From Squalus acanthias (taxonomy: Eukaryota): 64,000 nucleotides of DNA. The first letter of the stretch is position 1. Every line of letters starts with the position of its first letter. Under the pieces are notes generated by a model, which searched no databases, was not told where the DNA came from, and saw only the letters and a list, made by a program, of their open reading frames with translations. Where the stretch lies: NCBI GenBank assembly GCA_030390025.1, contig CM059432.1:118360001-118424000 (forward strand), given 5' to 3'. The position numbers were made by a program, and so were the translations under genes. Positions 23,143 to 35,789 of the stretch are shown here, piece by piece.

Positions 23143-23770
23143 TCACACACCATTCTGACTTGGAAATATATTGCCGTTCCTTTATTGTTGCTGGGTCAAA
23201 ATACTGGAACTCCCTCCCTAACAGCACTGTGGGAGCATCTTCACCACACGGACTGCAGAGGTTCAAGAAGGCGGCTCACCTTCACCTTCTCAAGTGCAAT
23301 TAGGGATGGGCAACACATGCTGGCCTTACCAGCGACGCCCACATCCCATGAATGATTAAAAAAAACCAGAAAGAATTAATGAAGTGCACATTACATATCT
23401 TGCAGAGACCTCCCCTTGACATTCAACAGGTTTCCCATTGCCGAATCCCCCACCATCAACATCCTGGGGGTCTGTGGCTGGACCAGTTAAGAAACTTAAT
23501 TGGTCCAGCCACATAAATACTGTGGCTACAAGAGCAGGTCAGAGGCTGGGTATTCTGCAGCGAGTGTCTCACCTCCTGACTCCCCAATGCCTTTCCACCA
23601 TTTACAAGGCACAAGTCAGGAGTGTTTGGAATTCTCTCCACTTGCCTGGATGAGTGCAGCTCCAACAACACTCAAGAAGCTCGACACCATCCAGGACAAA
23701 GCAGCCCACTTGATTGGCACCCCATCCACCACCTTAAACATTCACTCCCTCCACCACCAGCGCACTGTCC
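23143..23770 (+). mobile_element. Two LINE family B fragments (3' end 23143-23365; RT C-terminus 23412-23768)
   Basis: Matches 36950-37660 at both protein and DNA level. Confidence 0.85.
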
Positions 23771-25951
23771 AAATTAATGAATGTTTGACATGTAAGAAAG
23801 TAAGAGAATAGAATGTCCTTGTTTGGTGGATGCATAGAACACAATTTATCTCCTCTGAGATATTGGTTGAAATCTAATCCACAATTTTGGGATGAAAGTT
23901 TCCTTTTGCTTCTGGCTGCGAGGAATTATTTTAAGATAAACCCTGCTCCTAATAGGCGCACAACATAAAACTGTCCATAATTTAGCACCACCATAATTGA
24001 CACTAAATTCACCACCTCATTCCATAAAGATGGCTGGTATGGGACGTGGATTTCTCTTACTGGTGCAGTCAACATTCCTTCATGTGAATGAGGTTCATGT
24101 ACTTTGTTGGGAAATGTAGGCCGGAATTTTGCCGGCACTCAGAGGGCGGGATTGGAGGCAGGTCAGAGGTTAATTTCACAATGATTGACGACGGGCTCCG
24201 ACTTGCAAACGGACCCAGCACCAAGCGGCGGGAAAGGGATTAAAGGCACTTAGCTGCCTATTAGGTGCTACTTATAGAGTAATAGAGTTATACAGCACAG
24301 AAAGAGGCCCTTCGGCCCATCGTGTCCGCGCCGGCCATCAAGCCCAATCTATTCTATTCCCATTTTCCAGCACTTGGTCCGTAGCCTTGTATGCTATGAC
24401 GTTTCAAGTGCTCATCTGAATGCTTCTTGAATGTTATGAGGGTTCCTGCCTCAACCACTCTTTCAGGCAGTGAGTTCCAGATTCCAACCACCCTCTGGGT
24501 GAAAAAGTTTTTCCTCAAATCCCCTCTAAACCTCCTGCCCCTTACCTTGAAACTATGCCCCCGGGTTATTGACCCCTCTACTAAGGGGAAAAGTTCCTTT
24601 CTATCTACCCTATCTATGCCCCTCATAATTTTGTACACCTCAATCAGGTCCCCCCTCAGCCTTCTCTGCTCTAAGGAAAACAACCCCAGCCTGTCCAGTC
24701 TCTCTTCATAGCTGAAGCGCTCCAGCCCAGCTAACATCGTGGTGAATCTCCTCTGCACCCTCTCCAATGCAATCACATCGTTCCTATAGTGTGGCGACCA
24801 GAACTGCACACAGTATTCCAGCTGTGGCCTAACTAGCGTTTTGTACAGCTCCATCATAAGCTCCCTGCTCTTATATTCTATGCCTCGGCTAATGAAGGCA
24901 AGTATCCCATATGCTTTTTTAACCACCTTATCTACCTGTCCTGCTGCCTTCAGGGATCTATGTACATGCACACCAAGGACCCTCTGATCCTCTGTCCTTC
25001 CTAGGGTCCTAGAAGCATAGAAACATAGAAGATAGGAGCAGGAGTAGGCCATTCGTCCCTCTCGAGCCTGCTCCGCCATTTAATGAGATCATGGCTGATC
25101 ATCCAAATTTAGTACCCTGTCCCTGCTTTCTCTCCATATCCCTTGATCCCTTTAGCCTTAAGAAATATATCTAACTCCTTCTTGAATATATTTAATGAAT
25201 TGGCCTCAACTGTCTTCTGTGGTAGAGAATTCCACAGGTTCACTACTCTCTGGGTGAAGAAATTCCTCCGCATCTCAGTCCTAAATGGCTTACCCCTTAT
25301 CCTTAGATTCTGACCCCTGGTTCTGAACTCCCCCGCCATCAGGAACATCCTTCCTGCATCTAGTCTGTCTAGTCCTGTTAGAATTTTATAAGTTTCAATG
25401 AGATCCCCTCTCATTCTTCTAAACTCTAGCGAATATAAGCCTAATCGACCCAATCTCTCTTCATACGTCATTCCTGCCATCCCAGGTATCAGTCTGGTAA
25501 ATCTTCGCTGCACTCCCTCCATGGCAAGAACATGCTTCCTCAGATAAGGTGACCAAAACTGCACACAATACTCAAGGTGTGGTCTCACCAAGGCCCTGTA
25601 CAACTGCAGCAAGACATCCTTGCTCCTGTACTCGAATCCTCTCGCTATGAAGGCCAACATACCATTTGCCTTCCTAACCGCCTGCTGTACCTGCATGCTT
25701 ACCTTCAACGACTGGTGCACAAGGACACCCAGGTCTCGTTGCACTTCCCTTTACCAATCTATTGCCGTTCAGGTAATAATCTGTCTTCCTGTTTTTGCCA
25801 CTAAAGTGGATAACTTCGCATTTATCCACATTATACTGCATCTGCCATGCATCTGCCCAATCACCCAACCTGTCCAAATTATACTGGAGTTTCTCTGCAT
25901 CCTCCTTTTGTAAATCCATGTTGACTTTGTCCGATCCTGTCACTGTTTTCC

Positions 25952-27400
25952 TGAAGGGATAATTACAAGTCCAAGCCCTTCTCGGGCTACACCAGATCAG
26001 GCGTATTCCCCAGACGTTCCCCTTCAACTAAAGTTAGAGCTAGCCGAATCCCATAAGATGCTTAATTGGGTCTAAAGGTCAGACTACCTCTCCCTAATGG
26101 AAAGAAACGACCTGAAGATGTTACCGTCCTCCGGATAGCACTTTTAATAAGTTTAACTAGACTGTAACCTGCTGGATATTATGAGGGTCCGGAAAACCCC
26201 CCAGAATTCAGCAACTCCTCACAAAAGAGTGTACAGAAATTGAGTTTGCCAGGTTGATACAGAAATACTCTGTGAGACAATTCTAAAAATATATAGATTT
26301 ATTAAAGAACCGACATTCAGCTAACAGCTGTTGATTCAATCGCAACTTTAACAGTTCAAAATACAAAGAGCTTACATTTCTTATCAGAGATACTTATTCT
26401 CAAATCTTAACTTCATTACATTTTCACACTTCTACTTATTCTTAATCCAGAATATCCACCAAAATCAAATACCTTGATTACCCGAGACTCACAGAGTTAA
26501 AAACTTACAGAGCCTGCCTCTGAAGTTGAGAATCACTTGCCCTTCCAGCAACTTCTGACTTTCCATCTGAAAATCTCTATTTTTATACCTTTTTTTAGTG
26601 GTATATTCTTTGAAGTTTTCTGCTGATGTAAGCTAATTATCTCTAGTCATCCTTTCTATTGACTTTTTTCTATTCTTACTGTCAATTTAGCTGTTAACTT
26701 TCAGACTTCTGTCTCTACCTTTAGGTGTTTCAAAACCTATCATAAAATGGCTACAACAGATTTATCTCTTTGATGCCATTCTTATCGAAGGTCTTCCATT
26801 CAATTCTTAATATTGGCTTAACTGGTTATTAGCAGACGTCATGTCTCCTAACTATTCCATTTTCAATACAAACATAATGTGATTGATTGTTGTCATCTAT
26901 TGATGTAATATTTTCAAAGTGTTCTGTTGTGTACCTTTTACAATATGTAAATCAAAACCACTTCAACCAGGGTGTTTGTTTTCCTAGCCATCTTAGTTGG
27001 TTATATATATAATCGTGTTTCCTGTTTCATTTGATGTTACTTTTATCAAAGGCACATGGTTTTTTAATATTCTGTGTTCCTGTTCGAAGTGTTATTTTTT
27101 CACACTTTACTTGGGCATTGCTATTGTGTTGGTTTCAAACTGCAGACTCCTTGGAACCTACAACCCTCTATTTCAATGAAGCCTTTGTCTCAGTGTCAAT
27201 AACCATTTCCCATTTCAAAGCTTGTGTGGTGTTTACAACTTTTGTTAACAACTGATCTTATCTCAAAAGCCTGTGTTCTGTTTGCAGCCTGTGTCGTTGA
27301 GGCTTTTAGATTTTTAAACCCAGTTTGTCATATTTTAATAAAGTCTGAATTCTGTTCATAGGATGGTGTATCTTTCTGAAATATGGCTCATTCCTTTACA
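25952..27400 (-). mobile_element. Solo LTR (1449 bp), class undetermined
   Basis: TG...CA termini with short imperfect inverted ends. The 4-bp TSD TTCC (25948-25951, 27401-27404) interrupts CR1 ORF2. Minus-strand TATAAAA at ~26585 and AATAAA at ~26300. No long ORF. Confidence 0.75.
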
Positions 27401-27748
27401 TTCCAAGTGCTCTGCTATTACATCTTTTATAATGGACTCTAGCATTTTCCCCACTACCGATGTCAGGCTTACCGGTCTATAATTCCCCGTTTTCTCTCTA
27501 CCACCTTTTTTAAATAGTGGGGTTACATTAGCTACCGTCCAAGCCATGGGAAGTGTTCCAGAGTCTATAGAATTTTGGAAGATGACCAGCAATGCATCTA
27601 CTATTTCTAGGGCCACTTCCTTCAGTACCTTAGGATGTAGATTTTCAGGCCCTGGGGATTTATCGGCCTTCAATCCCGTCAATTTCCCTAACACCATTTC
27701 CCTACAAATACTGATTTTATTCAATTCCTCCCTCTCATTAGACCCTAT

Positions 27749-28643
27749 GGGGTAAAAATTCAGTTGGTTGCGCCTCCCGTTAGCGCCTTAAGAGGGCGCT
27801 AATGGGGTGCAAAGCCGCTAACGCCCGGGCGCAGCGATGTTTGCGCCGCTCGGGAACTTAACTAGAGATTGTGCGGCGGCGCTAAACTTTACCGCTGCGA
27901 CCACCTGCGCGCGCAGATTGTGACGTCATTCCATGGTGCAACGCCCTTGTGTCGCCCCGGAGCGGAAATTGAGTGGCGCCCCCTGCCTTACCACCTGGCG
28001 CATCCAACGACCAGAAGACTGGAACGCTATCAATCGCTGTGGGGCTGGGGGGGGCGCTATTTAAAGGGGGCCTCTTCCTGTCTTTTATTGTTGGTGGCAT
28101 TTTTGAACTACGCATTCTGAGAGAGAGAGAGGGAGAGACTACTGGAGAGATTCAACGTTGTGTGAAGGAGTTTTGGGTACTGAGCAGCACTTTGCAGGTT
28201 CATTTTGATTTGCCATTCCTTGTATCGATTTAGCAGAGAATGTGGGAGCTGCACTCTGAGCTCTTTGCCTGGTACTCTCCATTGTTCTTTCCAGCACATT
28301 TGATGTGCAAGTCTCTCCAGGCCGAGATTCAAGGCTGCAATGAACAGGATGTGGATGGAAAGCAAGATTAACCATCCCCTTTAAGAACTGGCCCGTGCCA
28401 TTGTGTGTGTGTTCCATTGCTGACTGACATTACATGAGCTTCGCCAGCGCTCTGAGTTAGCGCCTCACTCCTTGGCCTTTGCGCCTTAAGACAGGTGTGC
28501 AGCGCCTGATTTAGCGCTCCACTCACCTCCCGGGGCGGTAAAAGTGAAGTTTCCAGTCAGTGCCGATAATTAGCGCCAGGCGCTAATATTTGCGTCCGGA
28601 CGATATTTGCGCCCCAAATGGGGCGCGACCTAATTTTTCCCCC
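27749..28643. mobile_element. Harbinger-type MITE, copy 1 (895 bp)
   Basis: TIRs GGGGTAAAAATT / AATTTTTCCCCC with TSD TAT. Interrupts CR1 ORF2. Colinear with 56789-57677. Confidence 0.9.
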
Positions 28644-30043
28644 TATGTTCCCTGACATCTCTGGGAGGTTATTTGTGTCCTCCTTTGTGAAGACAGAACC
28701 AAAGTATGTATATAATTGGTCTGCCCTTTCTTTGTTCCCCATTATAAATTCCTCTGATTCTGACTGCAAGGGACCTACGCTTGACTTCACCAATCTTTTT
28801 CTCTTCACATATAAATAGAAGCTTTTACAGTCAGTTTTTATGTTCCCTGCAAGCTTACTCTCATATTCTATTTTCCCCCTCTTAATTAATCCCTTTGTCC
28901 TCCTTTGCTGAATCCTAAACTGCTCCCAATACTCAGGTTTGCTGCTTTTTCTGGCCAATTTATATGTCCTCTCCTTGGATCTTATGCTATCCCTAATTTC
29001 CCTTGTTAGCCACGGTTGAGTCAACTTTTTTATTTTATTTTTATGCAAAAAAGGGATGAACAAATTCTGTAGTTCACCATGCAATCTTTAAATGTTTGCC
29101 ATTGCCTATCCACCGTCAACCCTTTAAGTAATGCTCCCGAATCTATCCTAGCCAACTCACGCCTCATACCATCATAGTTTCCTTTATTTAAATTCAGGAC
29201 CCTAGTCTCTGAGTCAACTACTTCACTCTCTATCTTAATGAAGAATTCTATCATATTATGATCGTTCCTCCCCAAGGGGCCTCGCACAACAAGATTTCTA
29301 ATTAATCCTTTCTCATTACATAATACCCAGTCTAAGATGGCCAGATCTCTAGTTGGTTCCTCGACATATTGGTCCAGGAAACCATCCCGTATACACTCGA
29401 GGAATTCTTCCTCCGCAGTATTGTTACTAATTTGGTTAGCCCAATCTATATGTAGATTCAAGTCACCCATGATAACTGCTGTGCCCTTATTGCACGCGTC
29501 TCTAATTTCCTGTTTAATGCCATCCCCAACCTCAGCATTACTGTTTGGGGGTCTGTATACAACTCCCACTAACGTTTTCTGCCCCTTGGTATTTCTCAGC
29601 TCTACCCATACAGATTCCACATCATCAGAGCTAATATCCTTCCTTACTATTGTGTTAATCTCCTCTTTAACCAGCAATGCTACCCCACCTCCTTTTCCTT
29701 TTTGCCTGTCCTTCCTGAATATTGAATACCCCTGGATGTTGAATTCTCAGCCGTGGTCACCCTGGAGACATGTCTGAGGAATCCCAATTATATCATATCC
29801 GTTTACATCTATTTGCGCAGCGAATTCATCCACCTTATTACGAATGCTCCTCGCATTAAGACACAAAGCCTTCAGGCTTGCTTTTTTAACACTCTTAGTC
29901 CTTTTAGAATTATTATTTACTGTAGCCCTGTTTGATTTACACCCTTGATTTCTCTGCCTTCCACTTTTGCTTCTCTCCTTCCTGTCTTTTGTTTCTATCC
30001 TTGCTTGCCTTTCCTTGTCTCCCTGCACAGGTTTCCTGCCATT

Positions 30044-30994
30044 TTAGTTTAAACCCTCCCCAACAGCACTAGCAAACACTCCCCCTAGGACATCGGTCCT
30101 GGTTCCGCCCAGATGCAAACTGTCCAGTTTGTACTGGTCCCACCTCCCCCAGAACCGTTTCCAATGTCCCAGGAATTTGAATCCCTGCCCCTTGCACCAT
30201 TCCTCTAGCCACGTATTCATCTGAAATATCCTTCTATTTCTACTCTGTCTAGCACGTGGCTCTGGTAGCAATGCTGAGATTACTACCTTTGCGGTCCTAT
30301 TTTTTAATTTACCTCCTAACTCCCTATATTCAGCTTTTAGGATCTCATCCCGTTTTTTACCTATATCGTTGGGACCTATATGCACCACGAGAACTGGCTG
30401 TTCACCCTCCCCCTCCAGAATGCCCTGCAGCCACCCCGAGACATCCTTGTCCCTTGCACCACGGAGGCAACATATCATCCTGGAGTCTCGTTTGCGGCTG
30501 CAGAAACGCCTATCTATTCCCCTTACAATAGAATCCCATATCACTATAGCTCTCCCGTTCTTTTTGCTCCCGTCCTGTGCAGCAGAACCACCCATGGTTC
30601 CAGGAAGTTGGCTGCTGCTGCCTTCCCCCAATAAGCCATCTCGCTCAACAATATCCAAAGTGGTATATCTGTTTGAGAGGGGGATGGCCACAGGGGACCC
30701 CTGCACTACCTGCCTGCGCCTACTACTCTGCCTGGCAGTCACCCATTCCCTTCCTGCCTGTGCAGCCTTCACCTGTGGTGTGACCAACTCATTAAACATG
30801 CTATCCATGATGTCCTCAGCATCGCGAATGCTCCAGTATGTATCCATTCGCAGCTCCAGTGCCGCAATGCGGTCTGCCAGTAGCTGCAGCTGGACACACT
30901 TCCCGCACACATGGTCGTCAGGGACACAGGATGTGTCCCTGATTTCCCACATAGTGCAGGAGGAGCATGCCATGGGGATGAGCTGTGCTGCCAT
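30044..30994 (-). CDS. CR1 ORF1p: N-terminal CxxC...CxxC zinc finger/leucine zipper + SGNH-type esterase domain
   Basis: 316-aa uninterrupted ORF with CSSC...CGKC, xDSIVRG, HIGPND and DSLHL motifs. Ends GEGLN*. Confidence 0.85.
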   Translation of the reverse strand: MAAQLIPMACSSCTMWEIRDTSCVPDDHVCGKCVQLQLLADRIAALELRMDTYWSIRDAEDIMDSMFNELVTPQVKAAQAGREWVTARQSSRRRQVVQGSPVAIPLSNRYTTLDIVERDGLLGEGSSSQLPGTMGGSAAQDGSKKNGRAIVIWDSIVRGIDRRFCSRKRDSRMICCLRGARDKDVSGWLQGILEGEGEQPVLVVHIGPNDIGKKRDEILKAEYRELGGKLKNRTAKVVISALLPEPRARQSRNRRIFQMNTWLEEWCKGQGFKFLGHWKRFWGRWDQYKLDSLHLGGTRTDVLGGVFASAVGEGLN

Positions 30995-31307
30995 GACTTA
31001 CCCTTTAATTAATTTAAATTAAATTAAATCAAATCAATACCACTAATTACACTACAATTAAATGATATACTCAAGGGCCCTTGTTTACTACCACTTCCCG
31101 CTACACAACAGAGACCTTAGAAATTATTACCACAAAAATTAAGACCTTCTAAACTTTATAAACTATTAACCTTAACTGTCAAACTATAGAGTAGTATAAA
31201 TACTCACCTGGCCGTACTCACCCAATCAGCTGCTTCCTCTTGGCCGCGGCACTTTTTGAAATTTGACGTGGCACTGGAATGCCGCCACCGGTCTGTGAGA
31301 TTGGTAA

Positions 31308-31407
31308 GCCTCTGTAAAAAAGCCCGCGAAAGTGAGTTTAAATACTCACTGTTCTCTCCTGTTGCTCCCGACACCGGCCTCTGTAAAAAAGCCCGCAAAA
31401 GTGAGTT
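31308..31407. repeat. 31-bp direct repeat at 69-bp spacing, at the 5' terminus of the CR1
   Basis: GCCTCTGTAAAAAAGCCCGCRAAAGTGAGTT at 31308 and 31377. Confidence 0.8.
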
Positions 31408-33910
31408 GTGTATTCCCTTGCCTTGTTATTCTTCCCAAAATGCATCACCTCACACTTTTCAGGCTTAAATTACATTTGCCACAGTTCTGCCCATCTGACC
31501 AATTATATCGTCCTGTAGCCTGAGGCTTCCCTCTTCACTATTTACCACTCCACCAATTTTCGTATCATCTGCGAACTTACTGATCATACCTCCTACATAC
31601 ATATCTAAATCATTAATGTACACTACAAACAGCAAAGGACCCAGCACCGATCCCTGTGGTACACCACTGGACACAGGCTTCCAGTCACAAAAACAACCTT
31701 CGACCATCACCCTCTGCCTCCTGTCACTAAGCCAATTTTGGATCCAATGTGCCAAATTGCCCTGGATCCCATGGGCTCTTACCTTCTTGACCAATCTCCC
31801 ATGCGGGACTTTGTCAAAAGCCTTACTGAAGTCCATGTAGACTACATCAACTGCACTACCCTCATCCACGCACCTAGTCACCCCCTCAAAAAATTCAATC
31901 ATATTGGTTAGACATGATCTCCCCCTGACAAAGCCATGCTGACTATCCTTGATTAATCCTTGCCTCTCCAAGTGGAGACTAATTCTGTCCCTCAGAATTT
32001 TTTCCAATAATTTCCCTACCACTGATGTTAATCTCACTGGCCTGTAATTCCCTGGTTTATCCCTAATACCCTTCTTGAATAATGGTACAACGTTAGCTGT
32101 CCTCCCGTCCTCTGGCACCTCCCCTGTGGACAGAGAGGATCTGAAAATTTGTGTCAGAGCCCCAGCAATCTCCTCCCTTGCCTCACACAGCAGCCTGGGA
32201 TACATCTTGTCTGGGCCTGGGGATTTATCCACTGTTAAGCCCGCTAAAACCGTTAGTACCTCCTCCCTCTCAATACTAATTTGTTCAAGTATATCACAAT
32301 CCCTCTGCCTGATTTCTATGCCTACATCGTCCTTCTCCATAGTGAACACAGATGCAAAATATTCATTTAAAACCTCACCGACATCTTCCTGCTCTACACA
32401 CAGATTGCCACTTTGGTCCCTAATGGGCCCTACTCTTTCTATGGTTATCCTCTTGCCCTTAATATACTTATAAAACACCTTGGGATTTTCCTTTATTTTG
32501 CCCGTCAATGTTTTTTTCATGCCCCCTCTTCGCTCTCCTAATTTCTTTTTTAAGTACCCCCCTGCATTTTCTATACTCCTCTAGGGCTTCCACTGTTTTT
32601 AGTCATTTGTATCTGCCAAAACCTCCCTTTTTTTCCTAATCCATTTTTGTATATCCCTTGACATCCAGAGTTCCCTGGGCTTGTTGGTCCCACCCTTGAC
32701 CTTTACGGGAACATGTTGGCATTGTACTCTCTATTTCCTTTCTGAAAGACTCCCAGTTTCTGATGTGGAATTTCCTACAAGTAGCTGATCCCAGTCCACT
32801 TTGGCCAGATCCTGCCTTATCATATTAAAGTCGGCCTTCCCCCAATTTAGAACCTTTATTTCCGTTCCAACTTTGTCCTTTTCCATGACTACCTTAAATC
32901 TCGCTGAATTATGGTCACTGTCACCAAAATGCTCTCCTACTGACACTTCTACCACTTGCCCGGCTACATGGGTAGAAAGAGGGATGAGGTCCTGCAACAA
33001 TAATTTAGGGAGCTAGGTAGCAGATTAAAAAGCAGGACCTCAAAGGTTGTAATCAGCTGCACAGGAGAGGAGGAAAAAGTGTGGGAGAGCAATAGTGATA
33101 TAACAATGGTACCAATGTGAACCACGACCTCTGACTGTTCACCCTCCCCCTTCAGAATGCCCTGCAGCCTTTAAGTGACATCCTTGACCCTGGCACCAGG
33201 GAGGCAACATACCATCCTGGAGTCATGTCTGCGGCCACAGAAACATCTATCTGTTCCCCTTACGTTATAATACCCTATCACTATTGCTCTCCCACACTTT
33301 TTCCTCCCCTCCTGTGCAGCTGAGCCACTTGTAGTGCCATGGACTTGGCTCTTGCTGCATCCCCCTGAGAAACCATCTCCCCCACCAGCATCCAAAACAG
33401 AAAATCTGTTGGAGAAGGAGATAGACCCAGGGGACTCCTGCACTACCTTCCTAGTTCTTTTACTCTGTCTGGCGGTCACCCAGAGCTATTTTCACAGGGT
33501 TTTTAGATTTTCCAGCTTCTGGGTCGGGTTTCACAACGTTCCAACAACACGCCAGGTAAGTGTGGTGTGAACACCAGCGAGCTGGAGACTTCACAGCTGC
33601 AACTGCAGTGTAAAAGCTGCACTCTCAAATATTGTCATTTAGAAATCTGTGACGTTGGTGATTGAATACTTTGGGGTCATATTCCGTGTATAGGCTGCAG
33701 GTATGTGTTGTGCACTGTAGATCCACTGTAACCTGCATTGCTGGATTTTAAAGGCGCACTTACCCTAAAGTGTGTCACCTCAAATTGTCAGCACACAGCT
33801 GGCAACGATGCCAAACCGTCATTCTACATCAATTTATTACAATATTGGCAAAGAACAGAAACTTTACAAATAAATCTATCATAACATCCAAGTGAGAACC
33901 CTTGTGATTA

Positions 33911-35789
33911 TTAACGTGACATCTTCCTCTTACGCGTGCTTCTACGTTGTGAGACCCCTGTGGCTTCAGCATATCTGGAGACAGCCTGCTCACTTCCCTG
34001 CTGCTCCTGCTTAGATGCCTTTGGCAGCTGTCCTCTGGGTTTGTGAGCCTTGGAGGGCCCCGCCAAAGTCTGCTCCTCCTGCGGCTGTACAGGGGCAGAC
34101 TCGGCCATCTCTGTTGGCTCAGGCAGATGGGGCCCTGACTGAGGGCTCTGCAGTGGCAAGGGAGTGTGAGTGCTTGGAGAGGAGCCCCCACTTCCTTGTG
34201 CTTGAACACCACCGTCCCTCTCATGGTTCACCCGCACTTCACTGCTAGCAAATAGCTGGAGAGCACCTTGCTGCACATCGGTGGGGCCATGTGGACCCAT
34301 CTCTGTACTGACAGTCCTCATAACCGGGATGTCCATGTTCCTCTGGTTCCTCTCCATGATAGGTGACCTTCTATCCTCCATAGCTGCCCATCTATCTAGA
34401 AGAGCCACCATGTTGGCTTCTGTCTGTTGAGTTAGGTCCTCCATGGAGGTTGCCATCCTTTCATGGCAGCACCTAGATTGCCCATAGCGTTCACCACAGC
34501 ATTGCTCCATTCTCTGCACACTCGCAGTTACCGTGGAAGCAAACCCACTCAGAGCCTCCTGCACTTGTTCCTGAAGCTCCAGCACCGCTCTCTTTCTGGA
34601 TGGCCCCAGAGGCTCAGCATCTACATGCAGCTGAGCAGAGCTGGGAGAGCCCTGCGTCCTCCGACGAGGACTCTCCACTGCTGTCCCTGTCTCCAACATC
34701 TGCTCTGCTCACTTGTGAGCTGTGATACACCAGGTGACAACACTACTCTATCTCGCAAAAAACCCACCGAGGTGTGCATCTCTGCGCTGGTGCTGGGTGC
34801 GCTGAATGCTGGTGACACTGCTCCCTCAGAGGCTGTTGGTTCCTCTGAGGAGTGCTCCTGCTCCTCCTCCTGGACAGTGGGGAGCCGGGCTCTCGATGGT
34901 CCTGTGGGGGAGTAAAGGCATGAGTTAGACAAGTGAAATGTGTGTTGCAGACACATTCGAATTGTGCAGATGCTTAGCACTCAATCTCTATGAACATCAA
35001 CTCCCATATTAATCACCCATGAATGCTAAATCAGAGGGTTGGAAATCACTTCTGTCACCAGCTTGCTCTTCTACGCTCGTCTCTCCGTCCCCCACTTCCA
35101 GCTCCTCTGTACCTCCGACGATCTCCAGGACTGCCTCCTCAGCACTCGTTAGGTGTGCCAGGGATGGTGGGCCTCCTCCTGTCCTCCCCCTCTCCCTTTT
35201 ATTGTCGGCTCTCTTCTCCTGTAATGAGGAACACAAGTGGAGTTTGAGAGAGATTGATGGAGTGCGTGAAAAGAATGGATGACATAGATGTTTAGAGGGA
35301 GACTATGAAGGATTGAGGTGCACAAAGCAAGTTCCCTCCCTGTGCATTGTTATTTGTTGGCATTGCATAAGAGTGTGAGTGGTGCATAGTAAGATGATGA
35401 CGTGATTCTGTACAGAGAAAGAGAGGGATGGGTGAGGGTGCAAGGGATGTTAGTGAGTTGGGATGTGAAGGGGAAGGTTGCCAATGCAGAGTGATGGGGA
35501 TGAGAAGAGGTGTGAGGCAGATGGAAGGTAAGTGTGTTGTTATACTCACTTTTGCTGATCGCAACAGATCATTAAACCTCTTGCAGCACTGCACCCAGGG
35601 GCATATGCAGACCGACCTCGAACTGACCTCCTCAGCAATTTGCAGCCAAGCTGCCTTGGTTTGCTGAGGAGGCCTCCTCCTTCCGTCTCCAGGGAAGAGG
35701 ACCTCCTTACGTCCTCTTACTCCCTCCACAAGAGCATGGAGGGAGTCCTCATTGAAGCGGGGAGCAGCCTTAGGTTTTTGCGCTGCCAT
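33911..35789 (-). pseudogene. Harbinger Myb/SANT-like gene, 3 exons (35789-35550, 35218-35059, 34901-33911)
   Basis: MAAQKPKAAPRFNEDSLHALVEGVRGRKEVLF...WLQIAEEV...WVQCCKRFNDL. Exon 1 is 240 nt (phase 0) and exon 2 is 160 nt (phase 1), with GT-AG ends. Exon 3 has frameshifts. Confidence 0.85.

Larger units (their letters stand above)
25011..31407 (-). mobile_element. Full-length CR1 LINE with internal RT deletion, carrying a solo LTR and a MITE
   Basis: ORF1 30044..30994 and ORF2 pieces 29747..30028, 29030..29677, 28557..29084, 27356..27724, 25109..25744. QHGFTK is joined directly to AEKLQ near 25905. TTCTATG tail at ~25011. Confidence 0.9.
24273..33483 (-). mobile_element. CR1 LINE (host copy): 3' part 24273-25010, ORF2 31407-32965, rearranged ORF1 remnant to 33483
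   Basis: RT C-terminus in ORF 24354..25079 continues in ORF 31465..32520 across the nested CR1. (ACTCTATK)n tail at 24273. ORF1 fragment 33171..33479. Confidence 0.8.
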
